IMG/VR virus record: IMGVR_UViG_3300037420_001267
Span: 1 to 37,414 of that record
Reading direction: 5' to 3' (one strand)
Source of the DNA: a virus
Taxonomy: Duplodnaviria > Caudoviricetes
Length of the DNA: 37,414 nt
Of this stretch, positions 1 to 7,883 are shown piece by piece (position 1 is the first letter of the stretch; each line of letters starts with the position of its first letter). Below the pieces are notes generated by a model. The model worked only from the letters and a program-made list of their open reading frames with translations, made no database searches and was not told the origin of the DNA. The position numbers and the translations under genes are program-made.

Positions 1-269
1 AGTGGCCGCCGCGATCCGTTCCTTAACAGCTTGCGGTCAGCTGCCTACGGAAAAGTGACCATAGCCGCCTCAGTGCTGTTTAACCCCAGCAGTGGGCTGA
101 CAAGTTGGCTATGTTGGGCAGGAACGGCGTAAAAATAGGTGTACGTGTGACCGCTAACTCATTTCTAATTTCGCTACAATGCGTTTCTCCGACACCTGGA
201 AACGGGTATCGTTCGTTATTTCGTGTATCCAGCCCGTGAATGGGAGGCATTTCTGTTCTTTATTAAGGG
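1..269. ncRNA. Candidate structured non-coding RNA downstream of terS (runs off window edge)
   Basis: No credible ORF. Nested complementary segments: 16-23/120-127, 60-66/107-113, 74-78/87-91, 27-31/39-43, 182-187/199-204; 33-39 is complementary to 148-154. Confidence 0.4.
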
Positions 270-668
270 TTATTCGCCGTTCGGGTCCACAAAACCGAAG
301 CTGATCTTGGCGTCCATGTCCGTTTTTTGCTCAATTTTGTCAGTTGGCTTGTAGCCGCTGCGGTCCATAATGTCCTTAACCGCTTGGAGGCGCACAGCTT
401 CACTCTCGGCGTTCTTGGCCAGGTCAAAGGCTATTTCAGCCGCTTCTACGGCCATCGACGCTAGACGGCTTTGTACGCGTTCCCTGCGTTCCTTCTCCAA
501 ACCGGCCAGGTATTCCCTTATTCCATCATGTTTCAACAAACGTGGCCCTTGCGAATAAGCGCTGTTTTCGCTGTATCCAGCCTGGATGGCTGCTTGCGTC
601 GCGTTGTTGAGTACAAAATAGAGTTCAGCGAACTTTTGCTGTTGCGGATTGAGTTCTTCCTTTGCCAT
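270..668 (-). CDS. terS: Terminase small subunit
   Basis: LNPQQQKFAELYF..NATQAAIQAGYSENSAYSQGPRLL is the typical Terminase_2 N-terminus. Start moved to the ATG at 668, behind a GAAGGTGG RBS. Confidence 0.9.
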   Translation of the reverse strand: MAKEELNPQQQKFAELYFVLNNATQAAIQAGYSENSAYSQGPRLLKHDGIREYLAGLEKERRERVQSRLASMAVEAAEIAFDLAKNAESEAVRLQAVKDIMDRSGYKPTDKIEQKTDMDAKISFGFVDPNGE

Positions 669-790
669 GTGTCCACCTTCTTTCATGTGGGTTCTTTCTA
701 TATAGGTAGTTCTTATCTTCTCTATTGGGTAGTTACCCTATCTTGGGTTCTTAGGGGCTTGAGTACATCCTGGAGTTTCTTCTTCTTTGG

Positions 791-832
791 TTTTCCCCCG
801 AAAAAATTTTCCCCCGTTTCGTTTTTCCCCCG
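791..832 (+). repeat. Three TTTTCCCCCG direct repeats with 16-bp period
   Basis: Copies at 791-800, 807-816 and 823-832, in the divergent intergenic region upstream of terS. Confidence 0.85.
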
Positions 833-1012
833 ATCAAATTCTCCTGGACCAAAAGGAAAAGGACCAAAGCTCTCGCCGTGGTCCCCTGCTGGATTGGAGG
901 TATTAGTCCGGTGTCGGGACCTCTACAACTACATTTTATCATGAATAACCGCCTCATATTCTGCACGTTTTCGTCATGTTTTCTATTATTCAGAATAAAA
1001 TTTAGCTTTTAC

Positions 1013-1042
1013 TTGAATAATCGTCCCGTATTCCCGTATAAT
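1013..1042 (+). promoter_or_regulatory. SigA-type promoter for the + strand early block
   Basis: TTGAAT-18 bp-TATAAT with an AT-rich upstream tract. Confidence 0.75.
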
Positions 1043-1083
1043 AGGGTTATAAGGTAAAAAATAGAAAATAAGGAGTGGGGCTA

Positions 1084-1296
1084 ATGACGAAAAAGGAAGT
1101 TCTAAACGACATCATGTACGACTTGAAAATGAAGGATTCCGTTTATTTCGAAGCGGACGATGATTCTTACAGCGCTGGCAAACTTTTAAACGGCGGGTAC
1201 GTGATCGAGGGTGTGAGCAGATACATTGAGGTTCCAAACCTAACAGCCGCCCGCAAGGAAATCGCAAAACTAGGAAGTAAACTCCTTTGGTTATGA
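1084..1296 (+). CDS. Hypothetical early protein
   Basis: AGGAG RBS before ATG 1084; first gene after the promoter. Confidence 0.75.
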   Translation: MTKKEVLNDIMYDLKMKDSVYFEADDDSYSAGKLLNGGYVIEGVSRYIEVPNLTAARKEIAKLGSKLLWL

Positions 1297-1325
1297 CCGA
1301 ACTCAAAGTACAAGGAGGAAAATAA

Positions 1326-1460
1326 ATGAAAAAGAATTGGTTAGAAACTTTAGGATGGGCGATGTTCTTCATCGTCCCATTCGGATTCATGGCTTGGTTT
1401 ATCACCTGGATGTCATTTTTCAGCCCGCTGGCCAAAGGCTTGCGAGAAATGGGGTTGTAA
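1326..1460 (+). CDS. Small membrane protein, 44 aa (MKKNWLETLGWAMFFIVPFGFMAWFITWMSFF...)
   Basis: Not in the ORF track. AAGGAGG RBS; hydrophobic segment. Confidence 0.75.
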   Translation: MKKNWLETLGWAMFFIVPFGFMAWFITWMSFFSPLAKGLREMGL

Positions 1461-1462
1461 AT

Positions 1463-1693
1463 ATGGATGTGAATGTAGTAAGGGAGTATTTGGAACGGGA
1501 AGGGTTCACCGGAATCAATTTCATCAAAACGATTGGCGAGAAACTTTACTTCAGGGCTTTGGATGAGGATAACGAGCGCATTTACATCGAGCTGGAGCCG
1601 GTAAGCGATAAGGTGTTTGTCAGTACCACCAAAGACTTCTATTTCCTGTCAGGCGAATGGACGATATACGAAGTCCTTTATTCGGACCAATAA
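1463..1693 (+). CDS. Hypothetical protein
   Basis: ATG 2 nt after the previous stop; GGGG RBS. Confidence 0.7.
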   Translation: MDVNVVREYLEREGFTGINFIKTIGEKLYFRALDEDNERIYIELEPVSDKVFVSTTKDFYFLSGEWTIYEVLYSDQ

Positions 1694-1762
1694 GAACAAA
1701 CGGCGCGTATCCGCATAGGGTAGGCGCCCTAGCTGGTAAAAGAATGAAAGTGGGGCAAAACC

Positions 1763-2203
1763 ATGAATTGTATCTATTGCGGCCAGCCCGCCAACCTGCA
1801 AGTGGAATTTAAAAATATCTCCATCGCCTTTCAATATGGCGTATGCAACGAGCATTTCGAACAGCATTGTAACGAGAACCCGTTAAAGCCAGGTGACCTA
1901 ATCGCCCGCCAGCTTCCGATCGTCGAGGAAATCGAAAAAAGCCAGCGTCGGGAACAGATTCATCAAGAGGTCGAAGCATTATGCGAGGCAAGAGGCTGGA
2001 CCAACACCGACATACCGGAACTACACGACGAGGAACCGGCTGAAAACGAGGAAGAATACCTAACATGCGATAAATGCGGGAACGATGAGCGCTTTATCAA
2101 CATCCACGAAGCCCACGGGTATCACCTTTGCGTCGAATGCGAAGATACCTTGGATACAGTCATCGACGAGCAAGTGGCATCTTGGGTGAACTGGAGAGAC
2201 TGA
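1763..2203 (+). CDS. Acidic protein with two Cys/His metal-binding clusters
   Basis: CIYC..CNEH and CDKC..CVEC motifs; D/E-rich. Confidence 0.75.
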   Translation: MNCIYCGQPANLQVEFKNISIAFQYGVCNEHFEQHCNENPLKPGDLIARQLPIVEEIEKSQRREQIHQEVEALCEARGWTNTDIPELHDEEPAENEEEYLTCDKCGNDERFINIHEAHGYHLCVECEDTLDTVIDEQVASWVNWRD

Positions 2204-2260
2204 ACCATTCTAGCAGGGATGCAGCGTGTGCCATTGGCCGCTGGTCCCCCGATGAATGGC
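2204..2260 (+). repeat. Intergenic hairpin, type A copy 1
   Basis: CCATTC/GAATGG, GGGA/TCCC and CAGCG/CGCTG stems; core GCGTGTGCCATTGGCCGCT. Confidence 0.75.
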
Positions 2261-2296
2261 TTATGCCATATCAAAAAAAGAAAGTGGGAATGAGAC

Positions 2297-2494
2297 ATGG
2301 GTGTGTTTGATTTACCGACAACGGAATGGCATTGTAACGATTGCGGCGGCGATTGGTTCCAAGATGGGCGCCCTAAACACTGCACCTATTGCAAATCCGA
2401 GAATATTGCGGTCAATTGGAACCGTTCGGAGAAGATCACCGTCACCATCGTTGACAACAAGCCAAAGAAGAAGAAAAAGGGGGCTTCAAAATGA
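2297..2494 (+). CDS. Zinc-ribbon protein with Lys-rich tail
   Basis: CNDC..CTYC; ATGA overlap with the next gene. Confidence 0.7.
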   Translation: MGVFDLPTTEWHCNDCGGDWFQDGRPKHCTYCKSENIAVNWNRSEKITVTIVDNKPKKKKKGASK

Positions 2495-2853
2495 GTGAAG
2501 TGTTGAAGCGCGTGGAAGCTGAAATTATCGAAAAAAAGGAACGGACTGCCATCTGCCACAAATGCGGAACAGGTTGGGGAATTGTTCCAGGACATTTCAA
2601 TCACGACAAACACCTAGCTTTAATCGGCACTAAGCATACATGCGGCGAAACTATCGAGGATTATCTTATGCCGGAAATCTACAAAACACCGGCTTACACC
2701 CTCGTCAAATGCGATTGCGGCAGAAAGGTTCAATGCTCCGGCTTCACAACTACATGCGATTGCGGCAGGGATTATAACTGGAACGGCACCCAATTAGCGG
2801 ACCGTTCCCAATGGGGCGAGGACACAGGGGAGCATTGGACCGACTGCTATTGA
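2491..2853 (+). CDS. Cys-rich hypothetical protein
   Basis: CHKC, HTCG and two CDCG motifs; GGGGG RBS. Confidence 0.75.
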   Translation: MSEVLKRVEAEIIEKKERTAICHKCGTGWGIVPGHFNHDKHLALIGTKHTCGETIEDYLMPEIYKTPAYTLVKCDCGRKVQCSGFTTTCDCGRDYNWNGTQLADRSQWGEDTGEHWTDCY

Positions 2854-2855
2854 CC

Positions 2856-2907
2856 ACCCTAGACGGAATGAGCGTGTGCCAATGGCCGTTCGTTCCCTCC
2901 CTGGGTA
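2856..2907 (+). repeat. Intergenic hairpin, type A copy 2
   Basis: GGAATGAGCG/CGTTCGTTCC stem; core GCGTGTGCCAATGGCCGTT (17/19 identical to copy 1). Confidence 0.75.
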
Positions 2908-2943
2908 GAACAATACCCAAACTTTGAAAGTGGGGCGAAGTAA

Positions 2944-3402
2944 ATGAGTAAAACACGGGTGAGCTTCTTTAGTGTGAAGCTGGTCAAGGAAAAGGCAGGG
3001 CTGTATGACTTAAACGAGGTTATTATTCGTTCGCCGGAGGATGCGGCATTCGCCGCTCGAAAGCTGTTGGGCTACGATGAGCTGCCGAATGAAAACTTTT
3101 GCATCTTTACGTTGAATACGAAAAATAAGATTGTTGGGGTTCATACCGTCTTTGTCGGCACCCTGAATGCCAGCATTGTTCAACCTAGAGAAGTATTCCA
3201 GGCGGCGCTTTTAAACAATGCGGCCAGCATCGTCTGTTTCCACAACCATCCTAGCGGTGATCCATCACCAAGCAAGGAGGACATTTCGGTAACAAATCGC
3301 CTGGTAGACTGCGGCCAGCTAATGGGCATACCGGTGTTGGACCACGTTATTTTAGGCGATAATAGATTTGTCAGCTTGAAAGAAAAGGGATATATCGGAT
3401 GA
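2944..3402 (+). CDS. radC: RadC-like JAB/MPN domain protein
   Basis: GTLNASIVQPREVF..HNHPSGDPSPSKED..G..VLDHVI signature. Confidence 0.92.
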   Translation: MSKTRVSFFSVKLVKEKAGLYDLNEVIIRSPEDAAFAARKLLGYDELPNENFCIFTLNTKNKIVGVHTVFVGTLNASIVQPREVFQAALLNNAASIVCFHNHPSGDPSPSKEDISVTNRLVDCGQLMGIPVLDHVILGDNRFVSLKEKGYIG

Positions 3403-3551
3403 AATGGTATAACGTCATTGTAGAATGGCCGGACGGTGATTCCATTTCAGACGCCATTAAAGGAACAAGCGAAGAAAATGCGATGGAAAATGCCCGCTGG
3501 AATTGGCCTGACGCGTGTAATATCGTAGTTGGCGAAGCAATAAACGAATAA
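3399..3551 (+). CDS. Small acidic protein, 50 aa (MKWYNVIVEWPDGD...)
   Basis: Not in the ORF track. ATGA overlap with the radC stop; AAGGGA RBS. Confidence 0.7.
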   Translation: MKWYNVIVEWPDGDSISDAIKGTSEENAMENARWNWPDACNIVVGEAINE

Positions 3552-3583
3552 CCATTCTTCCCCCACTCGAAAGGGGGCGATAA

Positions 3584-3856
3584 AGGGAACTCTTAGGGGG
3601 TTCCCTCTTACCAATAAGGAGGTAAGTTTTATGAATGCAGATCAAATTCGCAAAGAGGTAGAAAAGCACATCGGCAAAACCATTCGCACACTATATGGCC
3701 CCAGCTTGGTTGTTGGCATAATCAAGGATGAGGAAGGTGTCGAGTATATCCACCTAAAGGAACGCGGATACGAAGATTATCATGTAAAGCTGGTGGAATG
3801 GGAAACGCTAGTACAATAATTCCCTGTTTCGAGGAACCTCTCGGGGTTCCCTCTTA
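3584..3856 (+). repeat. Two type B intergenic hairpins (3584-3610 and 3833-3856) flanking one gene
   Basis: Both read GGAAC..TCT..GGGGTTCCCTCTTA and lie just upstream of an RBS. Confidence 0.7.
3631..3819 (+). CDS. Hypothetical protein
   Basis: AAGGAGG RBS. Confidence 0.75.
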   Translation: MNADQIRKEVEKHIGKTIRTLYGPSLVVGIIKDEEGVEYIHLKERGYEDYHVKLVEWETLVQ

Positions 3857-3882
3857 TTGCTAAAATAAAGGAGGGTTGGAAG

Positions 3883-4152
3883 ATGGGCTGGATAATTACT
3901 AAGGACCACCTGGAAAAAATGGGCTGGAAAGATTATAAGTCACAGGTTGGAACCGAAAGCGCAGCTGACTATAAAGGCGGCGAAATGGAGGTTCGGGTGT
4001 ATGACGACGACCACGTTCTTTATTACACGGCTAAATGTGATAGTGAAACCAGCGCTGAAAATTTCCATAACTGGGCTATGTATGATTCAGGTTGCACGAT
4101 GTCAGAAATCAGAAATAACGATAAAGCCGAATGGGAGCCGTTTATATCATAG
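3883..4152 (+). CDS. Hypothetical acidic protein
   Basis: AAGGAGGG RBS. Confidence 0.75.
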   Translation: MGWIITKDHLEKMGWKDYKSQVGTESAADYKGGEMEVRVYDDDHVLYYTAKCDSETSAENFHNWAMYDSGCTMSEIRNNDKAEWEPFIS

Positions 4153-4164
4153 GAGGGGAATCAA

Positions 4165-4488
4165 ATGAAAGTACAATTCGGAAATTATGATTGTCATGTG
4201 CTTTTTAGCGAATACGCCGATAACGGAAACACCGCCATTCAGCTCGTCGACGTTCGGGACGGAATGCCGGTTGCCACAGCTACAGTCAATCCAGGCGTGA
4301 AACTGCCGAAGGATATTGTCGCGATCAAGAACTATTCGGAAAATGAAGGAATGTTGGGCGCCCTTATGCAAGCTGGAATCATTTCAAACCCTCAACGCTG
4401 GATGGAAATGGGTTTTGTTATGGTGCCGGTCTGCAAGCTGCTGGTGTCCGTGTTCGAGGAAGATGAACAGGAGGAAATAGAAGCATGA
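4165..4488 (+). CDS. DUF4313-like protein
   Basis: Y.DNGNTAIQL..G.P.ATATVN..IKNYSENEG..L..AGII..GF..P pattern; AGGAGG RBS. Confidence 0.7.
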   Translation: MKVQFGNYDCHVLFSEYADNGNTAIQLVDVRDGMPVATATVNPGVKLPKDIVAIKNYSENEGMLGALMQAGIISNPQRWMEMGFVMVPVCKLLVSVFEEDEQEEIEA

Positions 4489-5315
4489 ACGAGGCGATTG
4501 TTGCCACTATTCTACACGAATTAGAAAATCTGCGTCACAAACGAGAAACGCAATTAACGAAGGAAAGCCCCGACACATACAATTATGGCTATGTAGCTGG
4601 GGAAATTGGTGGTATCTCTAAAGCCATTCGAACAATACAGAGCATGAACGTACCGGAGAACTGGAGGGAAATATGGTCACGGCGCCAAAAGGCGTACCGC
4701 CACGACAAGAAAATAAAAGCTATGTCTTGGGCCGAAAATCACCAACACGAATATGAGCAGCCGTTAAAGGTGGAATGGCATCCGAAAGACGAATGGGTGG
4801 TGTTTTGGCAATTGCCGGAAGAAGTATCGAATAACGAAATCAGCCATTTCAACTGGGTGGTCCACACACCGAAGTATGACACCTGGGAATTCGTGACTTG
4901 CAACGACATTTGGATTGATGAATCTGACATGGAAACGGACCTGTTCCGCCTGTTCATTTGGAAAGACGGCCGTGTGGAGGTTATGGTGGCCAACACACAG
5001 GACTACGACATACATGAGGATGCTTCGTATTTGTTTGATCTCGATGCGATTGAAGCCGCCGCCAAAGCCAGCACACCGGACATTGATGATGCGACCCAGG
5101 AATACATTAACCATTACAAGGTGTATGTCTTTAAAGGCCGCGACGGCGAATTGTTTGGCGTAACTGACAGAGACTTTGATTTGGAGCTTGCCAGCGTTGA
5201 CGAACTGAATCGGGACCTGGAATGGGGAGACTATGTACAAGTGAAGGAAGGTCTTTTCTACTGGGATGACCAAACGAAGGATTACGTAAGGCAGGAAGCA
5301 GGAGAGGATATATAA
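4485..5315 (+). CDS. Hypothetical acidic, Trp-rich protein
   Basis: 276-aa ORF; GGAGG RBS; ATGA overlap. Confidence 0.8.
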   Translation: MNEAIVATILHELENLRHKRETQLTKESPDTYNYGYVAGEIGGISKAIRTIQSMNVPENWREIWSRRQKAYRHDKKIKAMSWAENHQHEYEQPLKVEWHPKDEWVVFWQLPEEVSNNEISHFNWVVHTPKYDTWEFVTCNDIWIDESDMETDLFRLFIWKDGRVEVMVANTQDYDIHEDASYLFDLDAIEAAAKASTPDIDDATQEYINHYKVYVFKGRDGELFGVTDRDFDLELASVDELNRDLEWGDYVQVKEGLFYWDDQTKDYVRQEAGEDI

Positions 5316-5506
5316 TGGCAGATTACATCGCATATGTGTGCCGTGATGTCGGCGGGAACGATGAATATTATGAAATCAAAACCCATCTACTCAACCTACC
5401 GGAAGATATTTCGGAAGAAGAACTGGAAAAACTAACAAGGGAAAAATTCAAAAGGCTGGGTGTGGAATTGAAGGAACACGAAAGTTTCGAATGGGAATTG
5501 TTTTAA
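5315..5506 (+). CDS. Hypothetical acidic protein
   Basis: TAATG overlap; GAGGA RBS. Confidence 0.7.
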   Translation: MADYIAYVCRDVGGNDEYYEIKTHLLNLPEDISEEELEKLTREKFKRLGVELKEHESFEWELF

Positions 5507-5529
5507 ACAAAAAAAGAGAGGTTGCATAG

Positions 5530-5566
5530 AAAAAAAAGCAAGGGGCTGCCTCCTTGCTCTTTTTTT
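5530..5566. terminator. Bidirectional intrinsic terminator between converging blocks
   Basis: A8-AGCAAGG..CCTTGCT-C-T7. Confidence 0.8.
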
Positions 5567-5628
5567 GTCCTGGATAGGACCCCCATTTGCAAAATCGCCT
5601 GATTTCAGCAAATAAATCTCTCAAACAA

Positions 5629-5657
5629 AGGGTAGCACAGCTTTCGCTTTATGTAAA
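5629..5657 (-). promoter_or_regulatory. Possible SigA promoter for a short RNA
   Basis: TTTACA-17 bp-TACCCT with a TGn extension; no ORF before the terminator about 90 nt downstream. Confidence 0.45.
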
Positions 5658-5680
5658 TGGACAATTGATCCGGAATGCGA

Positions 5681-5758
5681 CTAAAACTTACTGACGATAA
5701 AACCTATCAAAAAGCATATACCGCCTACAATGACATAACCCCAGTCATTACTTTTCAT
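5681..5758 (-). CDS. 25-aa hydrophobic peptide MKSNDWGYVIVGGICFLIGFIVSKF
   Basis: Not in the ORF track. GAAGGA RBS; a single TM-like helix. Confidence 0.5.
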   Translation of the reverse strand: MKSNDWGYVIVGGICFLIGFIVSKF

Positions 5759-5783
5759 AATTTTCAATCCTTCGCATTTTGTT

Positions 5784-6209
5784 TCAAATGTCCCGCTTGT
5801 CTCCGGTCAACATGCCCACCCTCAACAAAAAGGCTTTTTTCCAGCGAAGATAGGTAGCCTGGGATATGCTGAATTGGATGCATATGCTCTCTATGGTCTT
5901 TCCTTCCCGCCAATACACATTGATGATGAACATTTTCTTTTCATGGTCCAGTTCTCGTAGCGCCTGTTCTACCGCATTGACATATTGACGTATTTTTGCG
6001 ATGCGGAAGTCGTTCAGCAAGTTAAAGACAATGCTTTCCACCGGACGGCTGGGAAGGTTGCTCCTGCCGCCGCCTGAATCGTCACGTTCCGGTACACGGT
6101 ACGCAATTTCCGCGATCAATTCGTTCAGCCGCTCCTTGTATTGCGGGTACAGCCTCACTTCGTCCTCGATGTATTGAAAATCAGAATCAGACACTTTCCA
6201 TTTCTTCAC
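5784..6209 (-). CDS. ArpU/RinA-family late transcription activator
   Basis: FQYIEDEVRLYP..GGGRSNLPSRPVE plus a C-terminal sigma4-like HTH (ISQATYLRWKKAF). Confidence 0.85.
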   Translation of the reverse strand: MKKWKVSDSDFQYIEDEVRLYPQYKERLNELIAEIAYRVPERDDSGGGRSNLPSRPVESIVFNLLNDFRIAKIRQYVNAVEQALRELDHEKKMFIINVYWREGKTIESICIQFSISQATYLRWKKAFLLRVGMLTGDKRDI

Positions 6210-6215
6210 GTTTTG

Positions 6216-6590
6216 TCACCTTCCAGCCGTGTCAAGTCGTCTCCATCGTCCGTTCTTTTTGGTCAGTATCAGCAGTTCCAGGTCCGGATAGTGATACGCA
6301 AACAGTTTTGCTTTCAAGCGGAACACCGCCGTCGACACCCCTTTTACGTCAATCACCTGGACCCGCCCATCGCTAAGCGTCACTAAAAAATCCGCCACAT
6401 ACTCTATTTTTCTAATCGTGCGACCACTTTTTTTGAAGCTCGGCTGCAACATGTAACGGGGCTGTAGTTCGATAAAACGAACCTCACCTGTCTGCTGCTG
6501 CTCTTTTAGAAGCTGGTAATAGTCCGCTTCCATTTTGGAATCAAAGACAATGCCGTCAATGGCCGTCTTTTTGTTGTTGTATTTAGGCAC
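6216..6590 (-). CDS. DUF1064 family PD-(D/E)xK nuclease
   Basis: KYNNKK..DGIVFDSKMEA..LQP..YVADF..IDVKG. Confidence 0.9.
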   Translation of the reverse strand: MPKYNNKKTAIDGIVFDSKMEADYYQLLKEQQQTGEVRFIELQPRYMLQPSFKKSGRTIRKIEYVADFLVTLSDGRVQVIDVKGVSTAVFRLKAKLFAYHYPDLELLILTKKNGRWRRLDTAGR

Positions 6591-7098
6591 GGTTGACGCT
6601 CGCCTCCGCGCTGAATCCTTCCTTGTAGCGCTTCATCAGCTTGAGGTGGTTGTATTCGCACGCTTCTTCAAAACGAACGCCGTAAAAGGTAAAGATATCG
6701 CCCAAAATGTCCACGATTTGCGTCAAGTGAGCGAGGACCACATCCAAATCAAGCGTATGTTTTTGGCCAACATGCTTTTTGATCTCATCCGCCAGCATCC
6801 CAATGCAGATTTGGCTTTCTTTTTGCAGCAGTCCAGGCTCCTGCCCAAACGATTCATCCGGCGCCACTTCTGCAAGCGGGATGCCCAGCTTGGAACAAAG
6901 ATTGGCAATGTACCAAAGCACATCCCCGCCCTCGTCCTGTATCTGTTCTTGTGTAGGCGGGTAATCGTCGTCTGTCAATGCCATGAGTTCAGCGAATTCT
7001 CCGACAATTCCGAGCATCAATACGGCGAGCTGTGTCTTGTTGTCTAGTTCTTGGTTCATGGTCCGTTTGGCGTGTTTTTGGTACATCTGAAGGTCCAT
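6583..7098 (-). CDS. MazG-like nucleotide pyrophosphohydrolase
   Basis: LGIVGEFAEL..DEGGDVLWYIA..N..KL.KRY..GF. Confidence 0.82.
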   Translation of the reverse strand: MDLQMYQKHAKRTMNQELDNKTQLAVLMLGIVGEFAELMALTDDDYPPTQEQIQDEGGDVLWYIANLCSKLGIPLAEVAPDESFGQEPGLLQKESQICIGMLADEIKKHVGQKHTLDLDVVLAHLTQIVDILGDIFTFYGVRFEEACEYNHLKLMKRYKEGFSAEASVNRA

Positions 7099-7101
7099 TG
7101 C

Positions 7102-7539
7102 TTATTCCCCTTTTTTTACAAATCTATATTTGCCTCTGCTTACTCTCTTGATGGGAAATTCCCCTTTGAGGGCGGCAAAAAAGCGATTGTTTGCTTTGTG
7201 ATTATCCCAGCCCATCGCAAATTCAATCTCAGCGGGCGCCACGTCCCTGTCTACTTTCTCCATGTATTCCAACATAGCCATAATATCCGCATATACCTGG
7301 CCGCTTTGGCTTAACGTTTTCTTTTTTGGTTCAACGGCGTCAGCCGGTACCAGCTCCCTGTCTATAAGGTGCACAATCGCTTCGCCCATTGTCAGTTCCA
7401 AGGCTTTGCAACGGTCCATAAATTCCGTGTATTTTTTCATAGGCATTTCGAACTTTACCCACTTCACCGCATCTTTTGCCTTTTTTGCCTTTGCGATTTC
7501 TTCTAAGTAACCCACGCCGCCATTTCCCCTTCTCGTCAA
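7102..7539 (-). CDS. Probable DNA-binding protein (RHH-like N-terminus, wHTH-like C-terminus)
   Basis: WVKFEMPMKKYTEF..C..LELTMGEAIVHLI and IKRVSRGKY. The true start may be the GTG at 7515. Confidence 0.6.
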   Translation of the reverse strand: MTRRGNGGVGYLEEIAKAKKAKDAVKWVKFEMPMKKYTEFMDRCKALELTMGEAIVHLIDRELVPADAVEPKKKTLSQSGQVYADIMAMLEYMEKVDRDVAPAEIEFAMGWDNHKANNRFFAALKGEFPIKRVSRGKYRFVKKGE

Positions 7540-7595
7540 TTTTATTCACCTTCGGCTATAAGATTATTAAAATTCTATTCTCGCGCGAATTTGCC

Positions 7596-7883
7596 CTATT
7601 TCTTGGCTTCTACGCGCCATCTGTTATCTTTGGATAACTCCATTTGGTCGAGATACCCTAAATGATTCAAAATCTTGCGGTATCGTTTCGGTCCGATGTC
7701 CGGCACCGTCTGCAATGTCTCCAGCGCATCGCAAAACAGGTTGATGGTATCGGCCGCCCCGTCGATTCTCCCTTTGCGGTAGCTGTCTTTCTTTCCGGCC
7801 TCATACCCTTCGGCATAGGCTTCCGCCATCGTTTTCAGCCGTTTAGCCGGTGCTTTTTTCAGTTTCTTCGTCAAGCTGCCCAT
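7596..7883 (-). CDS. Hypothetical protein with a helix-hairpin-helix-like motif
   Basis: LQTVPDIGPKRYRKIL; AAGGTGA RBS. Confidence 0.65.
   Translation of the reverse strand: MGSLTKKLKKAPAKRLKTMAEAYAEGYEAGKKDSYRKGRIDGAADTINLFCDALETLQTVPDIGPKRYRKILNHLGYLDQMELSKDNRWRVEAKK

Noticed and set aside
80-250. 56-aa ORF (MPPIHG...) on the - strand after terS
   Set aside because: No convincing RBS and no resemblance to a terminase large subunit.
1-269. Group I/II intron, tRNA or known riboswitch/ribozyme identity
   Set aside because: No group I P7 core, group II domain V, cloverleaf, or hammerhead/pistol consensus recognised; left unassigned.
471-966. ORFs 471-944 (+) and 751-966 (-)
   Set aside because: They overlap terS or the repeat-rich intergenic region and lack RBSs.
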